DNA from: Stegostoma tigrinum
Taxonomy: Eukaryota
DNA: 64,000 nt
Assembly (NCBI RefSeq): GCF_030684315.1
Contig: NC_081373.1
Location: 40,649,989 to 40,713,988 of the forward strand
Direction: 5' to 3'
The notes beneath the pieces are model-generated. The model saw nothing but the letters and a program-made list of their open reading frames with translations. It was not told the origin of the DNA and ran no database searches. Below are positions 40,394-54,131 of this stretch, one piece after another (within the stretch, counting starts at the first letter, position 1; each line of letters opens with the position of its first letter). Made by a program: the position numbers and the translations under genes.

Positions 40394-42329
40394 TTGCTTT
40401 TTCTCCATGGATGCTGCCTGACCTGCTGTGATCTCTTTGTTTTCAGTACAGATTCCAATATCTGCAGTAATTTGCTCCTATGTTTAGCAAATCTTACTCC
40501 CCACATGTGCCAACAACAGAATGTAAACTAACTAGTGCTCAACATTAGGTTAGTAGTGACAAGGTTATTGCAAACAGTTTGAATTTGGAATTTAAATATT
40601 TCCATTAAATGTATCTATGATTTTACGAGCTGGTGGCATGTTTATGAGCTGCGTCCCATAACTACATTATAATTCTTTAATTTATTATTCAGCCTAACAA
40701 CAATATTTTGTTAATTTTTGGAGTGCTTTTGATGGAAGCTACCTTTTTTTTACAAGGGGCACCCATCAATTTGTTTCTCATGTTCATCTTTCAATTCTTC
40801 CATTATATTTAAAGTATAGTGTAGTTTCCTTGTGGTGCATGACACCAGATGGTTTATGCTGTGAGGTAGATTAAAGCTGATAGCAGTTGCTTGTTATATA
40901 TTTTTAGCACGACAACAGGCTGCCACTTGCATGAAGATGTCAGTTCACTTGTTTTTCAAGTGTGTTGATTTCAGAAAATGTTACCAACAACTCTCCAAAA
41001 AAATTGCTGAACATATTTCAGATTTTCCACATGACAGAAGGTTTCTTCAATGGCAGTACCAATTCAGCCAGGATGCAGCATTCATCTCCATAGTACAACA
41101 AGACTAATTAAAAATAAGACAGTAATACATTGAACAATTGATAATCAGCAACTTCAGGCTTTTGCATATGTAATGTCCTTCAAGCATTTTTCCATCATGC
41201 AAAACAAAAGTGTACTTTCCACTTGGGTAGAAGTGCAGAAGCAACATGGAAATAAGGGGTTATGGATCAGTCTGCTTGTCTGCTAGTTCTGCCACCGCAT
41301 CAGCTGCAAAAACTGAAAAGAGAAGTTGGATAAATGCCAGACCATAATGAGGTGTGTACACTTCCACTGTGTTTTGCAATTATGTCAGCTTAGCCTGTAA
41401 TTGGAAGTGATAAACTCAATGGTACGGCTTTGAAACCTTTTACTGTTCCCTGATTACTGAGCAGCCTTAAAATGCAGCACAGAATTATCTTTGTGTCGGC
41501 TTAAAACTTTGTTATTCTCATTTGTGCTTGAGATGTTATTATATTTGACTAATTAGGTGCAGTCAAGTTGCTTGGAAGCACTAACACTATGACATTGACC
41601 AAAGTTTTCACTGTCTCTTTGAATTGGACTGTGCCCCATATAAAAATTAGTGTTTTGTGCTTTGGTGCCTGGACCGTCAGCTAAAGATTTCAGTGACTTC
41701 TACAAGAGAGGTAGGGAACACTCTGGCAGATTTTCTTCCCTCTGATCTGGGTACCAATCCAGCACAGTATTTGAAAAATGTGCTTATCCTGCTCTTGATT
41801 ATTATGGCCTGTAAGTATATACCATTAACTTTAGTTTAATATATTGCTGTCACTGTCAGGGCCCAGCCCCTGGACATGACTCAAACCAGATATGGAACCT
41901 TCTGTACAAAAACAGTAGCCAGAAGCCATTCAGCCTCACAGATATTGGCAGGTGCCATCAAAGAAGGGTAAGTGCTATTTTCCTGAATGTTTCCTCTTTC
42001 TGCCTGCCTTCCCTTTGATGGTTCAATGGCACTACACTTACAGCCCCAGTCTCCTGAGTATTACTAGCAATGAGCAAGCAAACAGCACCCTAACAGCAAA
42101 CAAAAACAAGAGATGTCATTATTTCAATGTTAACAGTTTGCCAGAACTGGCTCCAGGCTCCTCTCTGAGCAAACCCTGGAAGTTCCGGGATGTTCACCCT
42201 ATTTCTTCTCTGCTTTGTATCAGAGAGATAAATGGTCTTTTCAGCCCCCCCTAGAAGTAGGATATATTTAGTGACACAAAACAAATAAGTAATTACAACA
42301 GCCTTAATGAAGTTTTAACTGGATCTTAC

Positions 42330-42482
42330 AACATTTGTTTATCAACTTTGCTTCTGATTTCTACTCCATCCCTACCTTCACCTGGTCCATCCCAAACTTC
42401 ACCCTTCCTTTCCTCAGCATCTCTGTTTCCTTTTCTGCAGATAGGCTGGCCACCAATACCTATCACAAACCAATTGACTCCC
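42330..42482 (+). mobile_element. PLE RT internal fragment
   Basis: FINFASDFYSIPTFTWSIPNFTLPFLSISVSFSADRLATNTYHKPIDS. Confidence 0.85.
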
Positions 42483-42544
42483 TTAGTGAAGTGATACGAA
42501 GTGAAATTGTTTCACTTCATGACAGAGGATGTGTTGCCATATTA

Positions 42545-43315
42545 AAGAACAAAGAAAATTACAGCACAGGAACAGGCCCCTTCAGTCCTCCAAGCCTGCG
42601 CCGATCCAGATCCTCTGTCTAACCTGTTATCTATTTTCGAAGGGTCTATGTCCGTTTGCTCCCCGCCCATCCATGTACCTGTCCAGATGCATCTTAAAAA
42701 ACGCTAACGTGTCTGCGTCTACCACTCCGCTGGCAAAACATTCCAGGCACCCACCACCCTCTGCATCAAGAACTTTCCACGCATATCTCCCTTCAACTTT
42801 CCTCCTCTCACTTTGAACTCATGACCCCTAGCAATTGAGTCCCCCACTCTGGGAAAAAGCTTCTTGCTATCCACCCTGTCTATACCCCTCATGATTTTGT
42901 AGATCTCAATCAGGTCGTCCCTCAATCTCCGTCTTTCTAATATAAATAATACTAATCTACTCAATCTCTCTTCATAACTAGCGCCCTCCATACCAGGCAG
43001 CATCCTGGTGAACCTCCTCTGCACCCTCTCCAAAGCATCCACATCCTTTTGGTAATGTGGCAACCAGAACTGTACACAGTACTCCAAATGTGGCCGAACC
43101 AAAGTCCTATACAACTGCAAGATGACCTGCCAAGTCTTCCACTCAATACCCTGCCCAATGAAGGAAAGCATGCCATATGCCTTCTTGACCACCGTATTGA
43201 CCTGCTTTGCCACCTTCAGGGAACAATGGACCTGAGCACCCAGATCTCTCTATTCATCAATTTTCCCTAGGGCTTTTCCATTTACTGTATAGTTCGCCCT
43301 TGAATTAGATCTTCA
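42545..43315 (-). mobile_element. Relatively young CR1 3' fragment
   Basis: ORF 42719-43213 open for 164 aa: LYRTLVRPHLEYCVQFWLP...LERVQRRFTRMLPG. Confidence 0.96.
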
Positions 43316-44274
43316 CATTCAATGTGCCTGAAGCCATTGGATCATTTGTTGACCCCGAACTTCCAGCTCAACAGTTCTGTGCTTTTGGCATAGCGAAGGC
43401 AGATTAGGTGACAAGTACATTCGTACAGCTCCTGGCTGTTTGTGGCCTGGTCTGCACAAAGTGTCATGTTGATGATAACAGTATTGTAGGCAGGCTGTAG
43501 AGCCAGTCAGAGGCTACTAACAATTTGGCACCTAATCTGCTCTTTCCCACCTCACTGCTCTGGTTAACACAGTTCCTGAAATAGACATAGCTGAACAGGT
43601 GTCCAGAGGCACGAACATTTTCCAGGAGTGCCACACAAAAAGGGTATCACCCAAGTTGCCAGCTGTAGAATCACAAAACCACAGAAATGGTCCTGCATCG
43701 ACAACAATCATTCAGCACACCATGTCTGCACAACTTTCCAAATGAACAATTTACTTTCTGTCATTCCCACTCCCTCCCCTCTCCAAGTACTGCTGCTCTT
43801 TCTTCCATTTCAGATGACGGTCTAATTCCCATTTGAATGCTTCAGTTGAATCTGCCTCCAACAGTTTCAGGCATTCCAGACCTTAATCATTTGCTGCAGA
43901 AAAATGCTGTTTAATGACGACTGGATATTGCTGTGTTTGCTACGCTTTTAGCTCTGACACCTCAGGCTGACCAGGAGGCAGCCCCTGCTGTTGAAAAGCT
44001 TGGAAGGGATTTTTCAGTCTCAGAGAAGATGTGAATAATGACCGGTGGGTGACTTTAATCGGGCAAGCGGCAAAACACCAGACTCTTGTCATCAGTATGA
44101 ATTTCAGAGGGTATTCTGTCCTCTGCCTTCAGATACTGGGTCAGGTATGTCACAAATAGAGGTCTACATTTCCATCTCATTAAAAGCATAAATAACTCTT
44201 TGGTCACCTTGGGGATGGAACTTGTTGCTTCATTATTATAGGGATATTGGGTTAAGTGATAACCACAGTCAATT

Positions 44275-44570
44275 CTTAGAATCTTTACAGTGTGCAAACA
44301 GGCCCTTTGGCCCAACAAGCCCACAGTGGCCCTCAGTGCATCCCACCCAGACCCATCTTCCTATAACTCACCTAACCTACACACCCCTGAACACTACGGG
44401 CAATTTAGCATGGCCAATCCACCTAACCTGCACATCTTTGGACTGTGGGAGGAAAACCACGTAGATACCGGGAGAATGTGCAAACTCCACATAGTTGCCT
44501 GAGGATGGAATTGAAACCACGCCCCAGTGCTGTGAGGCAGCAGTGCTAATGATTGTGCTACTGTGCTGTC
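44275..44570 (-). mobile_element. HE1-type V-SINE
   Basis: caatttagcatggccaatccacctaacctgcacatctttggactgtgggagg...tgtgaggcagcagtgctaa. Confidence 0.9.
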
Positions 44571-44841
44571 CAATTATGCTCTCACTTATTTCTTTACAGT
44601 CAATATGTCCAAGCAGTCCTTGCCTTGTACAGCCATCTCCAAGGCCCACTGACACACACCAGCTGGGGGACAGCTTATGACTCATGAACAAGTTTTTGCA
44701 AGTGTGGCAAATGAAGGATTCTTGTTGAAGAGCAGGTTTTAGTGGCTATTGCAAAGGGCTCCTTAAGGCTGAAAGGATGGCATCACAAAAGCAGTAAACA
44801 GGGAATGACAGTGTCAACGTTGAATAGAGATGTGAAAAATG

Positions 44842-45401
44842 TGAAACAGCAACTCATATTCCGCCTGGGAACCCTGCAGCCATATGGTATCAATGTGGAC
44901 TTCACCAGTTTCAAAATCTCCCCTTCCCCCACTGCATCCCTAAACCAGCCCAGTTCATCCCCTCCCCCCACTGCACCACACAACCAGCCCAGCTCTTCCC
45001 CCCCACCCACTGCATCCCAAAACCAGTCCAACCTGTCTCTGCCTCCCTAACCGGTTCTTCCTCTCACCCATCCCTTCCTCCCACCCCCAGCCGCACCCCC
45101 AGCTACCTACTAACCTCATCCCACCTCCTTGACCTGTCCGTCTTCCCTGGACTGACCTATCCCCTCCCTACCTCCCCACCTACACCCTCTCCACCTATCT
45201 TCTTTGCTCTCCATCTTCGGTCCGCCTCCCCCTCTCTCCCTATTTATTCCAGTTCCCTCCCCCCATCCCCCTCTCTGATGAAGGGTCTAGGCCCGAAACG
45301 TCAGCTTTTGTGCTCCTGAGATGCTGCTTGGCCTGCTGTGTTCATCCAGCCTCACATTTTATTATCTTGGAATCTCCAGCATCTGCAGTTCCCATTATCT
45401 C
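44842..45401 (+). mobile_element. Young PLE 3' fragment (GIY-YIG C-terminus, C-rich 3' region, hammerhead arm), 9-bp TSD
   Basis: QQLIFRLGTLQPYGINVDFTSF; TSD tgaaaaatg at 44833-44841 and 45402-45410. Confidence 0.92.
45275..45302 (+). ncRNA. Minimal type-I hammerhead ribozyme motif in a PLE arm
   Basis: CTGATGA-A-GGGTCTAGGCCC (stem II)-GAAAC-GTC: intact core with the palindromic ACGT mini stem III; stem I is weak; activity not shown. Confidence 0.7.
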
Positions 45402-45858
45402 TGAAAAATGGTGTAGTCAGTTCAGTGGGAGTGGTGGGAGAGTGCACTCAATCCCAATTGGTCGATTCATGTCAGAGGATCAATACAGGAACTGGTGAAG
45501 TGGAAGGAATGGTCACCAAGACAGGGACCAGTTGAATATTGTAGTCAGATATCTGGAATCTGAGGGGCTAGGAGTGTAGGTCTCAAGAGGTTGGGGAGGA
45601 GGGAGGTATAGAGAGCCAAAGAACCTCAGGGTAATGAATGAATACTGGAAGAACAACAAATTTCAGGTAAAGAAATGGGAGCAACTAGTTTTTTCATCAA
45701 AAAAAATGCATAGATTTGATGGGCTAAATTACCTCATGTGCTGCATCATTCTATGATTCCAAGTCATGCAATACCAGAAAGTTTGTAAAGAATAATTGGT
45801 CAATTTCAAATCCTATTGGGACCAATGAAATAAACAGCAATGTTTATTCAAATTGTCT

Positions 45859-45860
<2 letters not shown>

Positions 45861-45889
<29 letters not shown>
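45861..45889. repeat. (CA)14 microsatellite
   Basis: Direct read. Confidence 0.98.
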
Positions 45890-45892
<3 letters not shown>

Positions 45893-46452
45893 CAATTTTA
45901 CTTTGCATTCTGCTGCGCCATCACATAGTTGTATTTATAAGCTGCATCTCATTTACTTCACAGCACAGAAAACTATTATGATGACATTGGTTTCATTATT
46001 TTTTGCAAAATGTTATATATTTATTCAAATCAGCATCAAGACAAAATAAATAGAGGTGCTGCTATTTTGAAATATTGCCTATCCCTTTGTCTCTACAAAA
46101 ATGTACAAAATTTGCATTATGAAGAATGTCTTTTATTGAACACGCTTATTAGTGCAAATTCATTACTTTGGAACAGAAAATACATCACAGAGTCTTATAT
46201 ATAAGCTATAATGTACGTTAGATGAAGTATGTGATACTGTTCCAAAGTAACACATAATCCCATTCAGGCTCATGGAAATATGGGCCAGATTTTGCAGTCA
46301 ACGGTGAATTTCAGTGAACATTTCAAATTGTTACGTCTGCAGTTTTTTCACAGATATTTTGGGGACTTCTTCATTGGATTTGTCTCTCACTTAGCATCAA
46401 AATAGTGCACTGCCCTCTACAGGACATCTGTAAACAGGACAAGTAATTGTGA

Positions 46453-46691
46453 GATAATAAGATGTCAAGCTGGATGAACACAGCAGGCCAAGCAGCATCA
46501 GAGGAGAGGGAAAGTTTCCGGCCTAGAACCTTCTTCAGAAATGTTCAGAAATGTGCATTTCTGAAGAAGGATCTAGGCCCGAAACGTCAGCTTTCCTGCT
46601 CCTCTGATGCTGCTTGGCCTGCTGTGTTCATCCAGCTCCACACCTCGTTATCTCAGATTCTCCAGCATCTGCAGTTCTTACTATCTCTCTG
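46453..46691. mobile_element. Palindromic PLE mini-element (two inverted arms) with 12-bp TSD
   Basis: gctggatgaacacagcaggccaagcagcatcagaggag pairs with ctcctctgatgctgcttggcctgctgtgttcatccagc; TSD aagtaattgtga at 46441-46452 and 46692-46703; hammerhead core CTGAAGA-A-GGATCTAGGCCC-GAAACGTC at 46561-46588. Confidence 0.9.
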
Positions 46692-46911
46692 AAGTAATTG
46701 TGACTCAGCCACTGAAATTGAGAAATCAGTAATGCACAGCCTCACGTCTGAATCAGGAAGCACCAGCTGGAACAGTTAATTCAAAATCAAATCAGGTACA
46801 GCAAGTTAAATAAAGGGACAGAAAGAACTGGAAAAGAGAGAAACCAAAAAAAAGTCAGAAAAGCGAAAACAAAAGGTACAGTTTCGAATAATTGTCCAGA
46901 AATAATCATCC

Positions 46912-47097
46912 AAGTGCTCTGATTTCCTCCCACAGTAAAAAGATGTGCAGGTTAGGTGGATTGGTTATCTTAAATTACCCACAGTGTCTAGGATGGGAAA
47001 TGCAGGGACAGGATAGTGGGTGGGATGCCCTTCGGAGGGGGGGTGTGGACTCAGTGGACCAAATGGCCTGCTTCTACTCTGTAGGGATTCTATGATT
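46912..47097 (+). mobile_element. 5'-truncated HE1-type SINE
   Basis: tttcctcccacagtaaaaagatgtgcaggttaggtggattgg...tgtagggattctatgatt. Confidence 0.85.
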
Positions 47098-47651
47098 CAA
47101 CAATTAAAATGTGAAGGAATTAGACTCGACAGCAACAGCTTGTATTCATATACTGACTTTAACTTTGTAAATTATCACAATGTGTGACAGGAACATCATC
47201 TACCAAAATTCAACATATGCCACATGACGGGATATTATGACCACAAGATTAAGACAAATAATAAATGAGTGGAAAGAAGTAGAGAGGCTTTGGGAATGAT
47301 ACCAAAGCCGAGGCCGTGGTGAAGCAATTGAAATCAGGGTTGGATGACAGGATTTTAGGTGACCTCAAGTCTAAGGAGGGTAGACTGTACGACGAATGCA
47401 ATATTGTGCAGAATAAGCTGAGTTTACGGCCCAATATTTTGGTAGAAACTTGTTGCTGAAGTGTCGACAGGAGTTGTGCATCGGGGCCGTATGGATGTCC
47501 TGATGCAGCTAATTCAGCAGGAATTACCTGGGAATTTTAAATGTCCAGTGGGCAATTACTCTGAAACCCTCCAACAAAGTCCCAAATCTAAGTCAGAGTT
47601 GGAGACATCAGATGGTTCTGAGTCACTTACCTAAAAAGGTTAGAGAAACTA

Positions 47652-47737
47652 AAGATAACAAAGTGTGGAGCTGGATGAACACAGCAGGCCAAGCAGCATC
47701 TCAGAAGCACAAAAGCTGACGTTTCGGGCCTAGACCC
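47652..47737 (-). mobile_element. PLE arm fragment
   Basis: Reverse complement of 45283-45368; lacks the CTGANGA core. Confidence 0.85.
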
Positions 47738-48439
47738 AAGCTCCAATGTCCATGTAACAACAAAACTGACTCTACCCCAATACACCACTGATACCACTCC
47801 CTCCCAAACAACTGAGCTGACCCCACCCCTCCCCACGTACACCCAACTACCTTCCCCAAACTGACTCGTGAATGTACCCTGATCCCATTCCCAACACCCC
47901 ACTAAACTCCTCCCCATGCAGCGTCCTAGACCTGACAACCTGTGATTCTTCCCTGAGCCCCGCACCTGACATCCAACACCTAACTGCACCTCACATGGAA
48001 CTAACCAATCCAAACCCTCTGCCCATCCAAATGTCCACTGTCCCATCAACCTACCAGGTATGCTAGCTTTCCATCTGACACCATACAACCTCACCCACCT
48101 GCCCAACCTACCATACACACTGAACTTCTCTCAGTAAATGTCAATGTGATATTAGGCCCTTTAAACTATGCAATAACAGGGTGTTTGGTTTCTGCACGAA
48201 TCTACCTACATGGATTCCAGGACTGGACTGTATTACTTTTACTGTGATGACTCTTGGCCCATTGGTTTGCCTGGAAAACTAATCCAAAGCCAAAAGGGCA
48301 ACTTATAGTCAGATCTGGGTCACATAAAGGAATTCCAACACAGATCGGAAGATTGGACCTTCTAGTACAATAGTACAACAGTTAACAATTATCTTCAATT
48401 TGAAGAGTTACAAAATTGTGCCAAGACTATCACACAAAA

Positions 48440-51400
48440 TTAGAAATAGGAGTAGGCCATTCAGCCTGTCAAGCCTGTTCTACTAGTCAATACAATCATG
48501 GGTGATCATCAACTTTTTCCTACATTATCTCCATATCCAATTTCATCATTGGTATTTCAAAATCTGTCGATCTATTCTTTAAATAAACTCAATAGCTGAG
48601 TTTCCACAGCCCAATGGAGTGGAAAATTCGAAGATTCACAACTCTCTGAGTAAAAGGAATTCTCATTATCTTGGTCTTAAATGACTTTCCTTTTTATTTT
48701 GAAATGGTGTCCCATGGTTCTAGACTCCCATGGTTCTAGAAAACAAAGGAAACATTTTAGCTGCATTTACATGGCCTAATCCTGTAAATATTCTGTATGT
48801 TTCAAGATATTATCTTTCATTCTTTGAAGCTCAAAAGAATATAGGTCTCATTTGCCCATTGTCTATATAGGACACACCCACCACCACAGGAACAAGACTT
48901 ACGTACCTTTCTTGCACTCCTGCTATCGGCAATAATATTCTTCCTAATGTAGCGGGTCCAAAGCTGCACACAGTACTCCAGGGGAGGACTAACCAATCTC
49001 TTGTACAACTGAAACGACACGTTCCTGTACTCCAACGTTCTTGCAACAAAGGCTGACATACCTTCCTAATTCCTAATTGCTTGCTGCAGCTGCAAATCAG
49101 TGCTCAGTGAATTTTGACCACGTCCCAGGTCCCTTTGTACATCTCCACATTCTAATGTCTTAACATTTTAAGAAATATTCTGCACATTTGTTCTTTCTAT
49201 CAAAGTAGATAATTTCACATTTTTCCACGTTATATTCCATCTGCCACACACTCACCCATTCACTAAGCTTGTCCAAAGCCTCTTGAAGCCATTCTGCACC
49301 TTCCTCACATCACATAATCTCACTTAGCTTTGCCTTATCATAGAATTTGGAAATAGGACAGTTGGTCCCCAACACCAAACTATTGATTTTTCTTTTTGTG
49401 AACTCCTAAGGCCCATGTACTATTCCTTGCATTCCCCCACAGTTCACTGTCTGCCAACTTGAGAATGCCCCACATATTTCTACTCTGTGTTCTCTATTAG
49501 CCAATCCTTATTCTATGCCATCTATTACCTCATATCCCATGTACTTTAATCTTGCTAATCAATCTCCTTTGGGCACTTTATCTCAAGCTTCTGAGAATCC
49601 AAGTGTACTATAATCTAATGATTTCCTCCCCTTATCAATTATGGTAGCAACATTTTCAAAATCCCCCAAAAATTCATCAAACATTATTTCCCATCCAGAA
49701 ATTCATGCTGATCATGGCCAGGCAGGTCACTATTATAAGTGTACATTCATCACATCTGGGAGAATATATTTTAGTACTTTCCTTATTACAGATGTAAGTC
49801 TACCAAGGCAGTAGTTCCCTGCTTACTAGTACCTTCTAATCTGCAGGAACCATTCCAGAATCTAGGCAATTTTAGAAGATTGTCACCAATGCATCTACTG
49901 TCTCATAAATACTTCCTTCAACACTCTAGTGTGTAGGTTATCAAGTCCGAGGCACTTAGCAACATGAGACCCATTAATTTCTCCGACACAACGTTCTCAC
50001 AAATTTTCTTTAGACTTTCATTCCGTTTACTCCCTTGGATCTTTAATTCTGGGAGATTTCTTGTTTCTTCCTCTATGAGGACAGACACTCAGAAATAATT
50101 TGATTAGATTAGATTCCCTACAGTGTGGAAACAGGCCCTTTGGCCCAACAAGTCCACACCGCCCCTTAAGGCATGCCAGCCAGACCCATCCCCCAATAAC
50201 CCACACACCCATGAACACTATGGGCAATTTAGCATGGTCCATCCACCTAACCTGCACATCTTTGGGCTGTGGGAGGAAACCGGAACACCCGGAGGAAACC
50301 CACGCAGACACGGGGAGAATGTGCAAACTCCACAAAGACAGTTACCTGAGGCTGGAATTGAATCCAGGTCCCTGGCGCTGTGAGGCTGCAGTGCTAACCA
50401 CTGAGCCACCGTGCCACCCTTTAAGTTTTATGTTATTTCTTTATTCCCCATTCCTGCTGACTCTTCCTGTAACGGATCCATATTTGTTTTAGTCAACGTT
50501 TTCCTTTTACATACTTATCAAAGCTTACAGTCTTTTTTGATTTTTTTTTAACATTCATTCGTTTTCTATTCTCCATTTATCAGTTGGCCCACTTTTGCTG
50601 TGCTGTGAAATCCTCCCAATCCTCGTGTTTACTACTATTTCTGGAAATTTTATAGCTTTTTCTTTTAGTCTTATGTAATCATTAACATCCTTTGTTAGTC
50701 ACAGTTGATGAACTTTTTTTCAGTCTTTGAACTTTGAAGGAATGTAGAATAATTTTTTAAAGACTATATGTTGCAATGTACTATTATACGTATTAGTATA
50801 GTGATCCAATCCAAATCAGCCAGTGTGCTCCTTATACCTTTGTTCAAATTTAACATTCAGACTTCTGATTAAATAATCTCACTTTCAAATATGAAGTAAA
50901 TATTATAGTCATTCATCCCTAAAGATTATTTTAAAACAAGAATATTCATTATCATTTTTGTTATATAAAACTGGAACTAGTTCGTTAATTTATTTCTCAA
51001 CATACTGCTCTAGAGGAACATCACTAGACACTCCAAAACATATCCACTACAGCATTAATGTTCATCACGCTATGCAGTCTATGTGTTGATTGATGTTACC
51101 CAAAATTACTGTATTACCCGTGCTACATCTATTTCCAAACTCCTGATTAATACCATACCTTGCTTAACTATTACTATCTGTTGGGCTATGAACAACTCAT
51201 ATCAATACTTGCTATCGCTTGCAGTTACTAAGCACCACCTAAACAGAATTCCACATTTTGTTTTTCCAATTCAAGATCCCCTCGTATTAATGCACTGATC
51301 CCATCCCTTAGTATCAGTGCAATTCCACCTCTTTTTCCTACTTTCCTGTCCTTCCAAAATGCCAAATAACCTTAAATATTCAATTCCTAGTCTTGGTCAC

Positions 51401-52550
51401 GCAGCATCTATTCTTCCATGATGGCAATTGGATGAGACCCATTTACATCTGTTTGTGTCTCTAAATCATTTACCTTGTTGTACATTCAGGTCACGTACCC
51501 TTAACCCTTTTTTTTCCTTTAGCCATTAATCCACATTCCAGGCTTTGTTGATGCTTGCCTTCATTTCAACTGAATTCCAATTTCACATGTCACTTTTCTA
51601 CTTCTTGTTACCAGTTTTCTTGCAATTTGAGCTACTCCTCAGGTTCCCATTCCCCCGATAGCTTAATTCAAACACTCTCAAACATCAGTAGCAAATTTCC
51701 CTTAGAGGATATCAGTCCCAGTCTATTAAAGTGTGACCTGTTCTGCTTGTACAGATCTCATCTGTACCAAAACTAATCCCAATGTCTCAGAAATCTATTG
51801 CCTTCACTTCTATTTGAACTCTCCAACATGAATTCATTTGATCAACCATCCTGTCCCAAAATTCACTAACACATAGCCCTGGGAGTTTTCCTGAGATCAC
51901 TGCTCTTTTACTGCATTTTCATTTTTCTTAACTCCCTAAAATTTCCTCTAAGAACCTCATTCCTCCTCCTAACTATATCATTGGTAACAGTGCACACCAC
52001 AGCCTCTGGTGGCTCACCCTCTCCTCAGAGAGATGCCCTGCAGTCACTCGGTGGCATCACAATGCTTGTACCAAGGAGGCAAAGTGCCAGCCTGGACTCC
52101 TAGTGCCACAGAAAAGCCTTTGAGACTCTGAGGCTATGGAACCCTCATCACTGTTGCTCTTCCACATTTCTCCTTCCACTCCTACACACTGCTGAGGTGC
52201 GCATGGTGCCACAAATGTGTCTCTGGCTGCGCTACCCTCTTGAGTCATCGCCCTCACCAGTAACCAAAATGCAAAACAAATTAGCAAGGAAAGAAGTGTC
52301 AGGCGACTCCTTCACCTAGTTCTCTTAGACTCCTTGGCTCATTCCTTCGCTGCCCGCATACTCCTACCTTGCAGTGTGACAGCCTCCCTAAACATACTAT
52401 CCATGAGGTTACCTACCTCACAGTGGCACCAGCCACTGCCGAAATTCCAAAATCCTGACGGCAAACTTCTGCAGCTGATGACATTTGTTGCAGATTTACT
52501 GATCTAGAACTCATTGTACATGTGCGACATCCCATATATTCTGGGATGTA
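48440..52550 (-). mobile_element. Long, old CR1 LINE (ORF1 remnant through 3' end), heavily decayed
   Basis: LYKRLVSPPLEYCVQLW (ORF 48817-49059); CR1 tail at 48440-48520; esterase/ORF1-like sequence at 51650-52550 homologous to 34350-35300. Confidence 0.85.
50101..50418 (-). mobile_element. Full-length HE1-type V-SINE nested in CR1
   Basis: Minus strand reads gggtggcacggtggctcagtggttagcactgcagcctcacagcgccagg...ggaatctaatctaatca. Confidence 0.95.
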
Positions 52551-54131
52551 CTTTGCATTTTGAGCTGGCCTTCCAATAAGTAACTTGAAAAAATGCTTTA
52601 TTCCAATTTCAACAAGTAGAGTAACTTACCAGTTGCTCACCAATCAGCTTTTCCCCTTTACGGCATGCTGCTTCAGTTGACCAAGTTTCATGCAACAGCT
52701 AAATATATTTTAATTCAAAATGCCATAGATTGTTTTGTCTTGCATGATGATAATTAGGGCTAATTTTTATTAGTATTGCTCAAACAAAATTTTCACTTCT
52801 GCTAAGTATGCTGATATTGATATCCATATGGTTATATTTAGCTTCTACATTTCACACGTTTGAATACGTCCAGCAACAGAAACAATGAGAGTCCTGGGTG
52901 TCGCATACCTAAATGCAACATATTGTTTCAGCTAGTCAGCTCCAAAAATATACCTTAAATCCCATGCCACATCAGCATAAATTTACTGGTTTCCCACAGA
53001 AATCTGCCCTTATGCCCTCTCAGAATGAGATTCCCAACTTAATGCAAGTTGCTATAAAATTCTAGCACATTGTTTTGTAGGGCTATGTCTATCGGGAGCT
53101 AGGTCAAAACCTGCCAAGATTGTTTCAAAGATTGTTCCTGCAGTTAACCAAGAGATAAAATTTCTATTTGACCGAGCTGGATGGAAGCATAAGCTTGAGA
53201 TTGTCTCTCATCATCAATGTGACTTAATATGTTGGTCACATTTTACTACTTTGTTAACAATTCCTTTCCTAATGGCAAAGACTGTGTGAATTAAGTTTAA
53301 GGGCTGAACGCAAAATTAATTTGTATGAATCCAAAAGCAAAGATTTTTGATAAATGTGATCAGGCCAGAAGATGCAGCATTGTGGAATTCACAACTAAGG
53401 CAGTGAGGACGATTTGGCTTTTTATTATTGAGACAATGTGGGTGTGACATTTTGCACCCTCCCCTAAATTCCTTAATAAGCTACCTTCTTGAGTCACTGC
53501 CATCAATCTGGTGTGGGAGTAGTCAGAGTGCTGATAGGGACAGAGGTACAGGATTTTGACCCACGGCCAGAGAAGGAACAACAATACACTTTCAGATCAA
53601 CATGTTGAATGACTTGAAGAGGAACTCAAGAGTTTGCATTTTGTTTATCCCTGGACTATTTGGCTAGTTGACAGTTATCTGTAGAATAGTAATGATATAC
53701 CCTCTGGAATCTCAGACCTTAAGGAAGGGGCAATTTAAGTAACCAGTTTTAATTAAAGGTTAAAGCGTGGATGATGGAAATCTGAAATAAAATCAGAAAA
53801 TGTTGGCAACCCTCAGCAGTATCAAGTAATACCTGTGGAGCAAGGAAATTAGGTTCAATGACTTTATGCCAGAAAACATAAACAATGAGATATGTTTTCA
53901 ACAACACCAAGGGAGCAGCTGCACTCCAAGGAATTGACAGAATTAGGACAAACAGTCCTTAACCTCGAGCTGGACCTCACTTTTTGCATTTAGAAGTGAT
54001 CTGAAAAAAATCAAATGTCAAAAAAAGCAAGAAAGCCCAAGGAAGGGACAGAGTACAGGATTTATTATTTTCCCATGCTTACAAGGAGATAAATTAGTTT
54101 AAAGTAAGTAATCTGATTTCCCTTGTTTAGT

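Noticed and set aside
47627-48118. 163-aa Gly/Trp/Val-rich minus-strand ORF
   Set aside because: Reverse reading of C-rich low-complexity DNA plus a PLE arm; no recognisable domain.
53425-53460. THIV peptide in minus ORF 53360-53584 as possible DNTT exon 2 (VTHIV.ENNS)
   Set aside because: No ENNS or downstream SW..S/C...GKPVE motif; it lies at the edge of a decayed LINE tail.
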